Shown here in pieces: positions 27,927 to 35,968 of a DNA stretch of 57,279 nt (positions are counted from its first letter, which is position 1; each line of letters starts with the position of its first letter). The DNA comes from a virus (Duplodnaviria > Caudoviricetes). Both the position numbers and the translations under genes were made by a program. The stretch is from positions 1-57,279 of IMG/VR virus record IMGVR_UViG_3300042309_002674, one strand, 5' to 3'. The notes beneath the pieces are model-generated. The model was given only the letters and a program-made list of their open reading frames with translations, was not told where the DNA came from and made no database searches.

Positions 27927-28466
27927 ATGAATATCAAACCTCTACGTGCAGTCAATCAATATGACATTGTTCCGTTCTTCTCATATGACGGAGCAACTGC
28001 CAACAAGGGTACATTTGTTACCGCTGTTGGTCAAGGTCTAAATCTCAAAGACGAGCTAACGCTTGAAAATCTATCTTCTGTTGAAGGTACGCTTTCAGCA
28101 ACATTCAATGTTCCTTGGCTCGTAACAGCAGCCCCATCTGGCGCAGCAAAAGCAAGCGTTCTCGGAATGATGCTTAAAGATGTTCGCACAGTTGATGAAA
28201 ACGGCTACCCACTAATTTATGATCCACGTAAAGCAGCCGAAATGGATGTAACAGTAAGCGGACAAGCCGCTCCAGTTGCAACAAAAGGCTTTGTTCTTTA
28301 TAGCGGTATTGTCGGAACACCAGCCTTTGGTTCTGGTGCAGCAATCGCAGACGCTGGTGACGGCTCACTTAAGGTTGTCGCTGCAACTGACGCAAAATCA
28401 ATCGGACGTTTCCTAGGTCCTAAGAATGATCAAGGATATGCTCCATTGGAGTTCAATCTTAACTAA
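27927..28466 (+). CDS. Capsid decoration/cement protein
   Basis: 179-aa A/G/V-rich protein between scaffold and major capsid. Codon usage visibly like that of the capsid gene. Confidence 0.65.
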   Translation: MNIKPLRAVNQYDIVPFFSYDGATANKGTFVTAVGQGLNLKDELTLENLSSVEGTLSATFNVPWLVTAAPSGAAKASVLGMMLKDVRTVDENGYPLIYDPRKAAEMDVTVSGQAAPVATKGFVLYSGIVGTPAFGSGAAIADAGDGSLKVVAATDAKSIGRFLGPKNDQGYAPLEFNLN

Positions 28467-28497
28467 TTTAAAAGGAGAATAAATAAAATATAAAAAT

Positions 28498-29613
28498 ATG
28501 AAAATCGAATTCAAAAATACACCAGAGCAAGTAGCCTTAATCAAGGCTATGGCTTCTAACAATAAAGTCGAAGCCGCTGAGGCACAAGAAGCTTTTGCAG
28601 CTTTCTTAAGTCCAGTTGTTCAAGAAGTTTTGATGCACGCTGGATCAGCTGCTCAAATTTATCGTGACGAAGCATACAATGAGGATGATTCTCCTTCGTT
28701 CCCAATCGACACTCTTTTTGGTCAAGGATATGGCGACATTTCCATCTGGTCACAAACTGTCGGTGGCGGTCTCCCAACAAACGAAGTTGCAGGAGCAAGC
28801 GAAATCAAACTTCGCACATACGATCTCGATAGCGCAATCAGCTTCGATAAGCGTTATGCTCGCAGAGCACGCTTAAACGTTGTAGCTCGCTACATCGAAT
28901 TCGCAGCTAACCAACTCTTAGTAAAACAAGAGCGTAATGCATGGGCTGTTATCATGAAAGTTCTTGCTGACGCATCTTCAAATGGAAAAAATCACGTTTT
29001 CCGCTCAGCAACAGCCGGAACATTCATCCCTGACGATCTAAGCGCAGTATGGACACTAGTAAGCCGTTTCAATGCTGATTATCTCGGCGGAACATCAACA
29101 GCATCAGCTGCTGGACTTACAGATCTTTATGTCAGCCCAGAAATCAAAGCTCAAATTCGTGCGTTTGCTTACAACCCAGTAAACACACGCAGCGGAGCCG
29201 GAACAAGCGCTGGTAACGTTGCTCTTCCTGATGAAGTTCGTAGCCAAATCTATCGTAGCGCTGGAACATCCGAAATCTTCGGCGTAACAATTCACGAATT
29301 GCTAGAACTTGGCGAAAGCAAGAGATACAATGAACTCTTTGACTTCTTCGCTGGAAGCAAATCCTTCACAAAAGCTGACGGAACAAGCGGAGCCGCATTC
29401 AACAACTCAACAGATGAACTTCTAGTTGGTTTCGATATGGCCCGTGGATCTTTCCTACGCCCAGTTGAAACATATGACGACAATGGTGGTCAAGTTCAAA
29501 CATTCGTAGACGACCAATTCCAAGCTCGCGCAAACAAAATGGGCTGGTACATGAAACTACGCGAAGGTCGCGTATGTCTCGACAGCCGCGCAGTAGTTGG
29601 CTTGATTGTCTAA
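28498..29613 (+). CDS. Major capsid protein
   Basis: 371 aa in the canonical position, with biased high-expression codon usage and a following terminator. TDLYVSPE, EIFGVTI and C-terminal GW....EG...LD.RAV patterns are consistent with an HK97 fold. Confidence 0.82.
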   Translation: MKIEFKNTPEQVALIKAMASNNKVEAAEAQEAFAAFLSPVVQEVLMHAGSAAQIYRDEAYNEDDSPSFPIDTLFGQGYGDISIWSQTVGGGLPTNEVAGASEIKLRTYDLDSAISFDKRYARRARLNVVARYIEFAANQLLVKQERNAWAVIMKVLADASSNGKNHVFRSATAGTFIPDDLSAVWTLVSRFNADYLGGTSTASAAGLTDLYVSPEIKAQIRAFAYNPVNTRSGAGTSAGNVALPDEVRSQIYRSAGTSEIFGVTIHELLELGESKRYNELFDFFAGSKSFTKADGTSGAAFNNSTDELLVGFDMARGSFLRPVETYDDNGGQVQTFVDDQFQARANKMGWYMKLREGRVCLDSRAVVGLIV

Positions 29614-29641
29614 TCAAAGTTCAAAAAGCTAATCAAAGATT

Positions 29642-29673
29642 AAGCCCTGAGAAATCAGGGCTTTTTCTTTTTT
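29642..29673 (+). terminator. Rho-independent terminator
   Basis: AAGCCCTGA-GAAA-TCAGGGCTT hairpin followed by a T-rich tract after the capsid gene. Confidence 0.9.
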
Positions 29674-29737
29674 ATATTAAATATTAATTTAGAATTATAC
29701 CCAAACTCTTATTATAATAAATTAAATAAATAATATT

Positions 29738-30103
29738 ATGCCAAGAAAAAAACGCACATCTAAAGAAGTATTAAATCAAAATATTGAAATTGATGGTAAA
29801 ATTGCCGCAAATAAACCAACAGCATTAGAGCAAATTTGGGGCTCTGATGGATTATCTAAATATGGAACGATGGATATCGAAGTTTATACAGCGAAATTAA
29901 ATGATATGCTTCCTGTAGACCTTCAAAACCATGCCAGAGACGTTGGGTTGCGACCAGATGCAGAGCCACATCTTTTAAGAGAAAGATTAATAAATGAATT
30001 CCAAAGGCACGTTGCTTCTTTTAAATCTGGGCATGTGAACGTATCGTCTTCGCCATCTTCTTTGCCAAAAAGCGTTCATAAAATACTCAGAGAAGGCGCA
30101 TAA
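29738..30103 (+). CDS. Hypothetical protein (possible HeH/SAP-like helical motif)
   Basis: 121 aa. LNDMLPVDLQNHARDVGL...LRERL pattern. Confidence 0.6.
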   Translation: MPRKKRTSKEVLNQNIEIDGKIAANKPTALEQIWGSDGLSKYGTMDIEVYTAKLNDMLPVDLQNHARDVGLRPDAEPHLLRERLINEFQRHVASFKSGHVNVSSSPSSLPKSVHKILREGA

Positions 30104-30132
30104 TTTTCTAGATTAATTAAAGCACGATTGCG

Positions 30133-30138
30133 TGTAAT
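30133..30138 (+). promoter_or_regulatory. Putative late promoter motif TGTAAT
   Basis: ATTGCGTGTAAT (30127-30138) is identical to 33815-33826 and lies 7 nt before ATG 30146. Confidence 0.55.
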
Positions 30139-30145
30139 TAATAGC

Positions 30146-30694
30146 ATGCAATACCCTAAATGGTTTAATGATTTTGTAAATAATGTTTCTTCTGACTTGG
30201 GCGATAGAGACGATTATTCATACACTTATTTGGTTGGCTGGTTTTTAGATCCGGCAAATTTAGGTTATTTGAATAACCAAATAGATGGCTGTTTTCAAGT
30301 AACCCCATATTACTCAAATTTAAATAAAGTTACGGGGATAGGAATAGAGCCACCATTAGGCAATCAAGAACAAGCAATTTACAAGGCTAATTTTGATACG
30401 TTTTTTTATAATAGAGAGGCTAAAATGGCATTGTCTGGAGCTTACAATATTGGCGCGTGGACAACTTTAAAAGAAGGCGATTCAACTATTACAAGAGTTA
30501 ATAGATCTGAACTCGCTAGAACTTATCAAGGATTCCGCAAAGATGCTCAAGATAGCGCTAATAATTTAGTAAAACAATACCTTAAGTCCAAATCAAAACC
30601 ACAATCAGTTGACGGCACAGATGTTATTGATGGTGGTTATTGGGCCGAAGCTAATCGTAGTACATATTATCCAAGAAGTGAACCAGGTTTATAA
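30146..30694 (+). CDS. Putative head-tail adaptor (neck) protein
   Basis: Likely ATG 30146. Position after the capsid gene; W..LKEGDSTITR hairpin followed by a helix, as in adaptor proteins. Confidence 0.5.
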   Translation: MQYPKWFNDFVNNVSSDLGDRDDYSYTYLVGWFLDPANLGYLNNQIDGCFQVTPYYSNLNKVTGIGIEPPLGNQEQAIYKANFDTFFYNREAKMALSGAYNIGAWTTLKEGDSTITRVNRSELARTYQGFRKDAQDSANNLVKQYLKSKSKPQSVDGTDVIDGGYWAEANRSTYYPRSEPGL

Positions 30695-30696
30695 TT

Positions 30697-31140
30697 ATGC
30701 CATCTTTTTTATCAGAAGCAGAGAAAGCAGAGATGTCTCAGCAGTTTTTTAATTTGCACGATACGTTTGGTAGAAATGTTTATGTATTTAGAGAATCTAA
30801 AAAAGTAAATATGTTCACAAATGAAAATTACATATCTGTTTATAGAAACGCCAATCAAGGTGAAAATTTTACCTTCTCTTACGAAACAGTTTCTGGCATG
30901 TTTCCAATGCGAGTAAAGTGGCTAAAGCCCAATGAAGAAAAAGATATTCCAATTGAAATTGATATTCCAGATCAAATTTGCAGATTAAAAATGAAAAAAG
31001 ATGCATTTGATTTTTTAAGTGGATATAAAACATTATATATAGACGGCATATCTTGTGAATTAGTTGGTGGATATCGACCGCATGGGCTTTTTGATATTGA
31101 TTTTTATACAGTTTACGCAAAAAGAAGGGATATGGAATAA
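30697..31140 (+). CDS. Putative head closure/stopper protein
   Basis: 147-aa beta-rich protein in the neck gene position. Confidence 0.45.
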   Translation: MPSFLSEAEKAEMSQQFFNLHDTFGRNVYVFRESKKVNMFTNENYISVYRNANQGENFTFSYETVSGMFPMRVKWLKPNEEKDIPIEIDIPDQICRLKMKKDAFDFLSGYKTLYIDGISCELVGGYRPHGLFDIDFYTVYAKRRDME

Positions 31141-31736
31141 TGAGAAGGGCAAGATTAAATTTTAAAGAATTTCAAGAATATATAGCAAGAGATAAAGGCG
31201 TAAAAGCTAAAATGCTCGATATTATCAAGCCCAAGGTTGAAGAAAGCAAGCAAATCTTAATTGCTGAGTTTTCATCCCACCCAGTCTCTACAGAAATTGC
31301 AAGCGGCCCAAATTCTTCAAACTCATCTGGAACGCTTGGTGGCTACGGAAACTTGTTTTCTTTTATAGGATTTTCTTCAGGAGATAATCCTGTTGATAGA
31401 TGGGTAAATTTTATAAAAAAAGCAATTATGCTTCAAGACAGGATTGATGTTTCTATTAGTGGTGGAGATGAAATCGTATTTAAATTTAAGATTAATTCTA
31501 TTTCTAATGAAGACCTACTATCTGCCGGAAGTATGCCTTGGGAAGGCGGAAGATCTTGGATTGAAGCGGTAGAGAGGGGTATTTCTGGGTTTTCTTTTTA
31601 TATTTCTAAAGCTAGCACTGGTAGGTCTGGTGGGGGTATTCAAAGTAAAAACAAAAAGAAGAGCGGTGGGTCTTTCAGAAATGTTCCATACTGGTCTCGT
31701 ATGTGGAATAATTTTAATAAAAATATAAGTCAATAA
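31140..31736 (+). CDS. Putative neck/tail completion protein
   Basis: 198 aa, basic and Gly-rich C-terminus, in the neck cluster position. Confidence 0.45.
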   Translation: MRRARLNFKEFQEYIARDKGVKAKMLDIIKPKVEESKQILIAEFSSHPVSTEIASGPNSSNSSGTLGGYGNLFSFIGFSSGDNPVDRWVNFIKKAIMLQDRIDVSISGGDEIVFKFKINSISNEDLLSAGSMPWEGGRSWIEAVERGISGFSFYISKASTGRSGGGIQSKNKKKSGGSFRNVPYWSRMWNNFNKNISQ

Positions 31737-31739
31737 TAT

Positions 31740-32603
31740 ATGGTTCCTCAAATTATAAATAGAATAGCTCCAAGCTTTATTTACTTTTTAGATCACAAAA
31801 TGCTCAAAAATGGGCAAGCTTTTGTAAATGTAGATAGCGGACACTTGTCTTTCAAAGAAGATCCAAGCTTTCCAAATAAAACAATTTTTGCCAGCCAATA
31901 TAGGCAATTTGTTTCTGATTATAGCATTCAAGGAGCGAACATTCCATCAGGGGTGTATATTAATAATAATTTTATTGGAAAAAATGTCAGCGGCTTAAAA
32001 ATAGACTATGAAATGGGTCGCATTATGTTTGATGACAATGTTTCTAAAAATATTAACAATATAAAGTGCTCTTATGCATTTAAAGAGTATAATATTTATT
32101 ATAATGAATCTCAAGACGAAGAAATTATTTTTGATGCTAAATATCAGGTAAAACCTAGTAATATAAATGGGCAAAACCCAAGCCTTGAATACTCTCAAAT
32201 AGTTTATCCTGCAATATTTGTAAAAAGCCAATACAATGAGCATGTACCGTTCGCTTTTGGCGGCGAGAAGGAGCTTCAAATGGATTTGAGGGCTATTTAT
32301 TTGGCAGATTCGCAATATTTATTAGATGCAGGAATGTCTATAGCCTCTGAATTAGTGCATAAATATTTTCCGGTACTATATCCAAAAGATATGCCATTTA
32401 ATGTTTTTGGTGATTATAAGTCTTATAATTTTAATTATTTAAATTTATGTTCTGCCTATAGCCAGACCGGATCTTTAATGGCAATGATAAATTCAGTAAA
32501 AATATCAAAATTCTCAAGCAAAACCAATAATATTGTTGGAAATGGTATATATGGTGGCTTTGCAGATTTTTCTATAAAATATATGGCAGGCGTAACTTCT
32601 TAA
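31740..32603 (+). CDS. Putative tail terminator/completion protein
   Basis: 287 aa directly before the tail tube gene; YPAIFV...PFAFGG pattern. Confidence 0.45.
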   Translation: MVPQIINRIAPSFIYFLDHKMLKNGQAFVNVDSGHLSFKEDPSFPNKTIFASQYRQFVSDYSIQGANIPSGVYINNNFIGKNVSGLKIDYEMGRIMFDDNVSKNINNIKCSYAFKEYNIYYNESQDEEIIFDAKYQVKPSNINGQNPSLEYSQIVYPAIFVKSQYNEHVPFAFGGEKELQMDLRAIYLADSQYLLDAGMSIASELVHKYFPVLYPKDMPFNVFGDYKSYNFNYLNLCSAYSQTGSLMAMINSVKISKFSSKTNNIVGNGIYGGFADFSIKYMAGVTS

Positions 32604-32631
32604 AAAAAATAAGAAAACTTTTTATTATAAA

Positions 32632-32637
32632 TGTAAT
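32632..32637 (+). promoter_or_regulatory. Putative late promoter motif TGTAAT
   Basis: ATGTAATATA in the gap before the tail tube gene, 37 nt before ATG 32675. Confidence 0.5.
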
Positions 32638-32674
32638 ATATTGTAAGGAATTTTAAAAATAACCAAATAAAACT

Positions 32675-33760
32675 ATGAGCAGAAACCGTATTATATACCA
32701 ATCCCTAGGCGTATTTGCTAGCCAAGTTGCTGCGAGCGCAAACCAAACAGGAGTAGGGTCAGTTAAACAACTAACCCGTGTTCAATCTTTCGAGTCATCA
32801 TTTGAAAGAAATCTAGAAGACATTAACCAATTTGGTAACTTAGCTGCAATTGATCGCTTGGACACAGAGGCGCCAACAGTCAGCGCAACTTTGGAATACT
32901 ATCTAACAGATGGTGGAAATGAAAACCTTTTGGGTCTTTCAGTTACAAAAGGAGCCCAAGCGGGAGTTTCATGTATTTCAGGAATTCTTAAAAAAGAAAC
33001 TGATGAAAAGAATATTTACTTGATGGTAGCTAATGAAGGTAGTGATGCATCTAACTATGCAGGAACAACCGGAGTTGTTGGGCTTGGTAATGCATTTATT
33101 ACATCATACACATTAGATGTTGCTGTTGGAGAAATTCCATCAGCAACAGTTGAATTAGAGGCATTAAATGCAAGAATGTATGCCAATGCAACATCTACAG
33201 GAAATGCTGTTCCATCTGTAAATCCAGAAAATGGATTGCCTGTTGCAAATACATTTTTTGCACTACCACAGCACCAAACAAATGCTTATGGAACACAGCC
33301 AACCGCATTGCTACCAGGGGATGCAACTCTTGATGTAACAGGAATTGTTGGATGGGCCGGAAGTGATCTTAAAGTTCAAAGCGCTTCAATGAGTGTTGCT
33401 CTTGACAGAACGCCTCTTAATAAATTAGGAAGCCGCTTCTCGTTTGCTCGTGAAATCGACTTTCCAGCAACAGCCACTCTAGACGTTGAAGCCGAAGTTG
33501 GAGATTTGGCAAATGGAGATTTCTCCGATCTTCTTTGCCAAACTGGAACATACGACTTAACACTTAAACTCAAAAAGCTTGCATGTGGTGGAAGTGGAGA
33601 CTTCGCAATGATTGCCACCCTTAAAGGCGCAAAATTGGTAAGTCAAGATATTACAACATCAATTGGTGACAACGCAACGATGTCAGCTTCATTTGAAGTA
33701 CCAATTGGCGGACCAGAAGATAATAATCGCGGTATTTTTCTTTCAGGAACCTATCTCTAA
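32675..33760 (+). CDS. Major tail (tube) protein
   Basis: 361 aa rich in A/G/S/T. Two internally similar halves (RVQSFESSFERNLEDINQFG / KVQSASMSVALDRTPLNKLG). It has its own motif upstream and a terminator downstream, and precedes the chaperones and tape measure gene. Confidence 0.75.
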   Translation: MSRNRIIYQSLGVFASQVAASANQTGVGSVKQLTRVQSFESSFERNLEDINQFGNLAAIDRLDTEAPTVSATLEYYLTDGGNENLLGLSVTKGAQAGVSCISGILKKETDEKNIYLMVANEGSDASNYAGTTGVVGLGNAFITSYTLDVAVGEIPSATVELEALNARMYANATSTGNAVPSVNPENGLPVANTFFALPQHQTNAYGTQPTALLPGDATLDVTGIVGWAGSDLKVQSASMSVALDRTPLNKLGSRFSFAREIDFPATATLDVEAEVGDLANGDFSDLLCQTGTYDLTLKLKKLACGGSGDFAMIATLKGAKLVSQDITTSIGDNATMSASFEVPIGGPEDNNRGIFLSGTYL

Positions 33761-33779
33761 TCTTCGAATTGGATTATTC

Positions 33780-33814
33780 AAAAAAGAGGCCATTTTTATG
33801 GCCTCTTTTTTTTT
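33780..33814 (+). terminator. Rho-independent terminator (possibly bidirectional)
   Basis: AAAAAAGAGGCCAT-TTTT-ATGGCCTCTTTTTTTTT. Confidence 0.9.
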
Positions 33815-33820
33815 ATTGCG

Positions 33821-33826
33821 TGTAAT
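33821..33826 (+). promoter_or_regulatory. Putative late promoter motif TGTAAT
   Basis: Immediately downstream of the terminator, 31 nt before ATG 33858. Confidence 0.55.
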
Positions 33827-33857
33827 ACCTTATAAGGAAAAAGGTTAGTAAAGGTTA

Positions 33858-34088
33858 ATGAATTTTAATATTCAAAATTTTATTAAAGGTTTTATAAAAA
33901 GATCTGTTACTAGATTATTTTTGTCTTTTATTTATATTCTTGAAGATCTTGTATCTGAAGGTAAAATATCAGACGATGAGTTTCAAAGAATAAGAAAAAG
34001 AATTCTAGACAAGGGCAATAATTGCATAAGGGATATAAATATAGAGCTAGAAAATTTTGATTTTTTATTTAAAAACAAAGATAATTAA
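33858..34088 (+). CDS. Small hypothetical protein
   Basis: 76-aa ORF filling the gap between terminator and chaperone gene. Confidence 0.6.
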   Translation: MNFNIQNFIKGFIKRSVTRLFLSFIYILEDLVSEGKISDDEFQRIRKRILDKGNNCIRDINIELENFDFLFKNKDN

Positions 34089-34102
34089 ATATAATAACAA
34101 AT

Positions 34103-34894
34103 ATGAGCGAGCAAAGCGAAAATAATAATGGCGAGATTTTAGAACAAAACAAAGCAGCTTCAGATGCTGAGAAAGGCCCAGAGCAGGCTGAAGTCGTAAC
34201 TGAAGATTCTAAAAATAAAAACGATGTTGAGTTTGATAATAAAAAATGGCTATATGCATTTTATGGGAAAATTAATGGAGAGAATAAAAAGTTTTTCATA
34301 TTAAAACCAGGGCGTAGGTTAAGACAAGGCGGAGAGCTTGAATACGCAAAGCAGTTGGCGAAATTTGTTAAAGCGGGCTTATTGCCAAAGGCCGCTTGGG
34401 GAACTATATTGGATAATGCTGGGGGTACAATCTCGGAAACGGAAGCGGAATCTTATACTTCTGCAAAAAATAGGTTTTTTGAGTTAAGCTTGCGGCTGGG
34501 CTCATTACAACAGCAAGAAAAAAGCGAAGAAAATACAAGCGAAATCGAGCAGATAATGTTTGAAATTGAATCTGTTAAAAATCAAATTCAGGCATTTGAA
34601 CTTGAACAAATCTATATTTTTGAAAATACGGCAGAAGCAAAAGCTAGAAATTCTACAATCGAATGGTGGTTATGCAACCTTTCGTACGATGAAAATCAAG
34701 AGCCATTTTTTAAAGGGCAAGGTGTTGAAGAAAAGCTTGATTGGTATGATTCGTTAGATTCAAAAAACGATAGTGATGCTGATCTGCTAAAAATTGGCCA
34801 AAGATTTAGTTATTTAATAACGCTTTGGTTCTTGAATAGAATTGGGACACCAGATCAGTTTAAAGATGCAGATATCGCTAATGTTAAAAAATAA
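34103..34894 (+). CDS. Putative tail assembly chaperone (G-like)
   Basis: 263-aa acidic helical protein between tail tube and tape measure genes. Confidence 0.55.
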   Translation: MSEQSENNNGEILEQNKAASDAEKGPEQAEVVTEDSKNKNDVEFDNKKWLYAFYGKINGENKKFFILKPGRRLRQGGELEYAKQLAKFVKAGLLPKAAWGTILDNAGGTISETEAESYTSAKNRFFELSLRLGSLQQQEKSEENTSEIEQIMFEIESVKNQIQAFELEQIYIFENTAEAKARNSTIEWWLCNLSYDENQEPFFKGQGVEEKLDWYDSLDSKNDSDADLLKIGQRFSYLITLWFLNRIGTPDQFKDADIANVKK

Positions 34895-34905
34895 GCGATC
34901 GCTTA
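34892..34905. repeat. Perfect 14-bp palindrome TAAGCGATCGCTTA
   Basis: Spans the stop codon of 34103-34894 and the whole gap up to ATG 34906. Confidence 0.9.
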
Positions 34906-35910
34906 ATGGCAAATGATGTCAAAGAGTATATTATAGAAAATATCTTAGAGCATATCTTCTCTGGATATTCTGAATATTCGTTGGAAAACGAATTTGGAAA
35001 GCAAGTTTCAGTTTTTATAAAGCATCCATCTCAATCAGATGCTATCAAAATTTATAATCAATATAATCATTATTTTAATAAATATAAAAACGAAGGCTTA
35101 ATGTCTCAAGAAGAGCAACTGGCCTTTATTTGCGATAATGGATGGTGGTCGAAAGATAAAGAGAGCGAAATTTTATATGCCTCTGATTCTATAAAAAGAT
35201 TAGAACAAACAAAAAGAAAAATAATTTATGAATCTGACAGGAAAAGGATTGCCGATCAAATATCTGATTTAAAAAATAAACTCTTATTACTTGAAAGACA
35301 AAAATCAGAATATATTTCATCTACAGCGGAAGATTTAGCATCGCAAGAATCTTCTAGTTTCTTTGTGGAGAATTTTATTTTTATAGATAAAGATTTTAAA
35401 GAAAAGATAAATATATCTGATAATGACAATATTTTCAATAGCTGTTTGTTAATATATTATACATATTTAAATGATTTTTCTGCCTTGAATGTTAAAAAAG
35501 CAGCCCTTTCTTTAAATTTTCAAAATATGCTATACACATCTTCTGGGTCGTGTATGGATGTTTTTGGTGTTCCCGTAATTAAACTGACAAAATATCAAAC
35601 AGATTTGCTAATGTGGGGAAATTATTATCAAAAACTTGTTAAAAATTGCACAAAGGAAGTTCCTGAAGAATTGTACAAAGATCCAGATAAGTTTATAGAA
35701 TGGTATGAGTCGGTTAACAATATTGAAATAAATAAAAAAAATACCAAAAAAAGGAGAGATAAAAAAAGTAAATACGGCTCAGAATCCAAATTTTTATTTG
35801 GCGAAAGAGAAGAGGTTAAAAAAATAGGTGGGGAAATATCTGGCGATAAAATATTAAAAGAAGCAGAGAAGTCTGGCGGTTTTGGTATATACGATTTAAT
35901 GGAAAAATAG
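34906..35910 (+). CDS. Putative tail assembly chaperone (T/GT-like)
   Basis: 334 aa immediately before the tape measure gene, in the -1 frame relative to the upstream gene. Confidence 0.5.
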   Translation: MANDVKEYIIENILEHIFSGYSEYSLENEFGKQVSVFIKHPSQSDAIKIYNQYNHYFNKYKNEGLMSQEEQLAFICDNGWWSKDKESEILYASDSIKRLEQTKRKIIYESDRKRIADQISDLKNKLLLLERQKSEYISSTAEDLASQESSSFFVENFIFIDKDFKEKINISDNDNIFNSCLLIYYTYLNDFSALNVKKAALSLNFQNMLYTSSGSCMDVFGVPVIKLTKYQTDLLMWGNYYQKLVKNCTKEVPEELYKDPDKFIEWYESVNNIEINKKNTKKRRDKKSKYGSESKFLFGEREEVKKIGGEISGDKILKEAEKSGGFGIYDLMEK

Positions 35911-35942
35911 GCATCTATATCCGCGATTTTAAGTTTTAAAAT

Positions 35943-35948
35943 TGTAAT
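35943..35948 (+). promoter_or_regulatory. Putative late promoter motif TGTAAT
   Basis: TTGTAATTTATA, 20 nt before ATG 35969. Confidence 0.5.
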
Positions 35949-35968
35949 TTATATAAAGGTAAAAGGAT

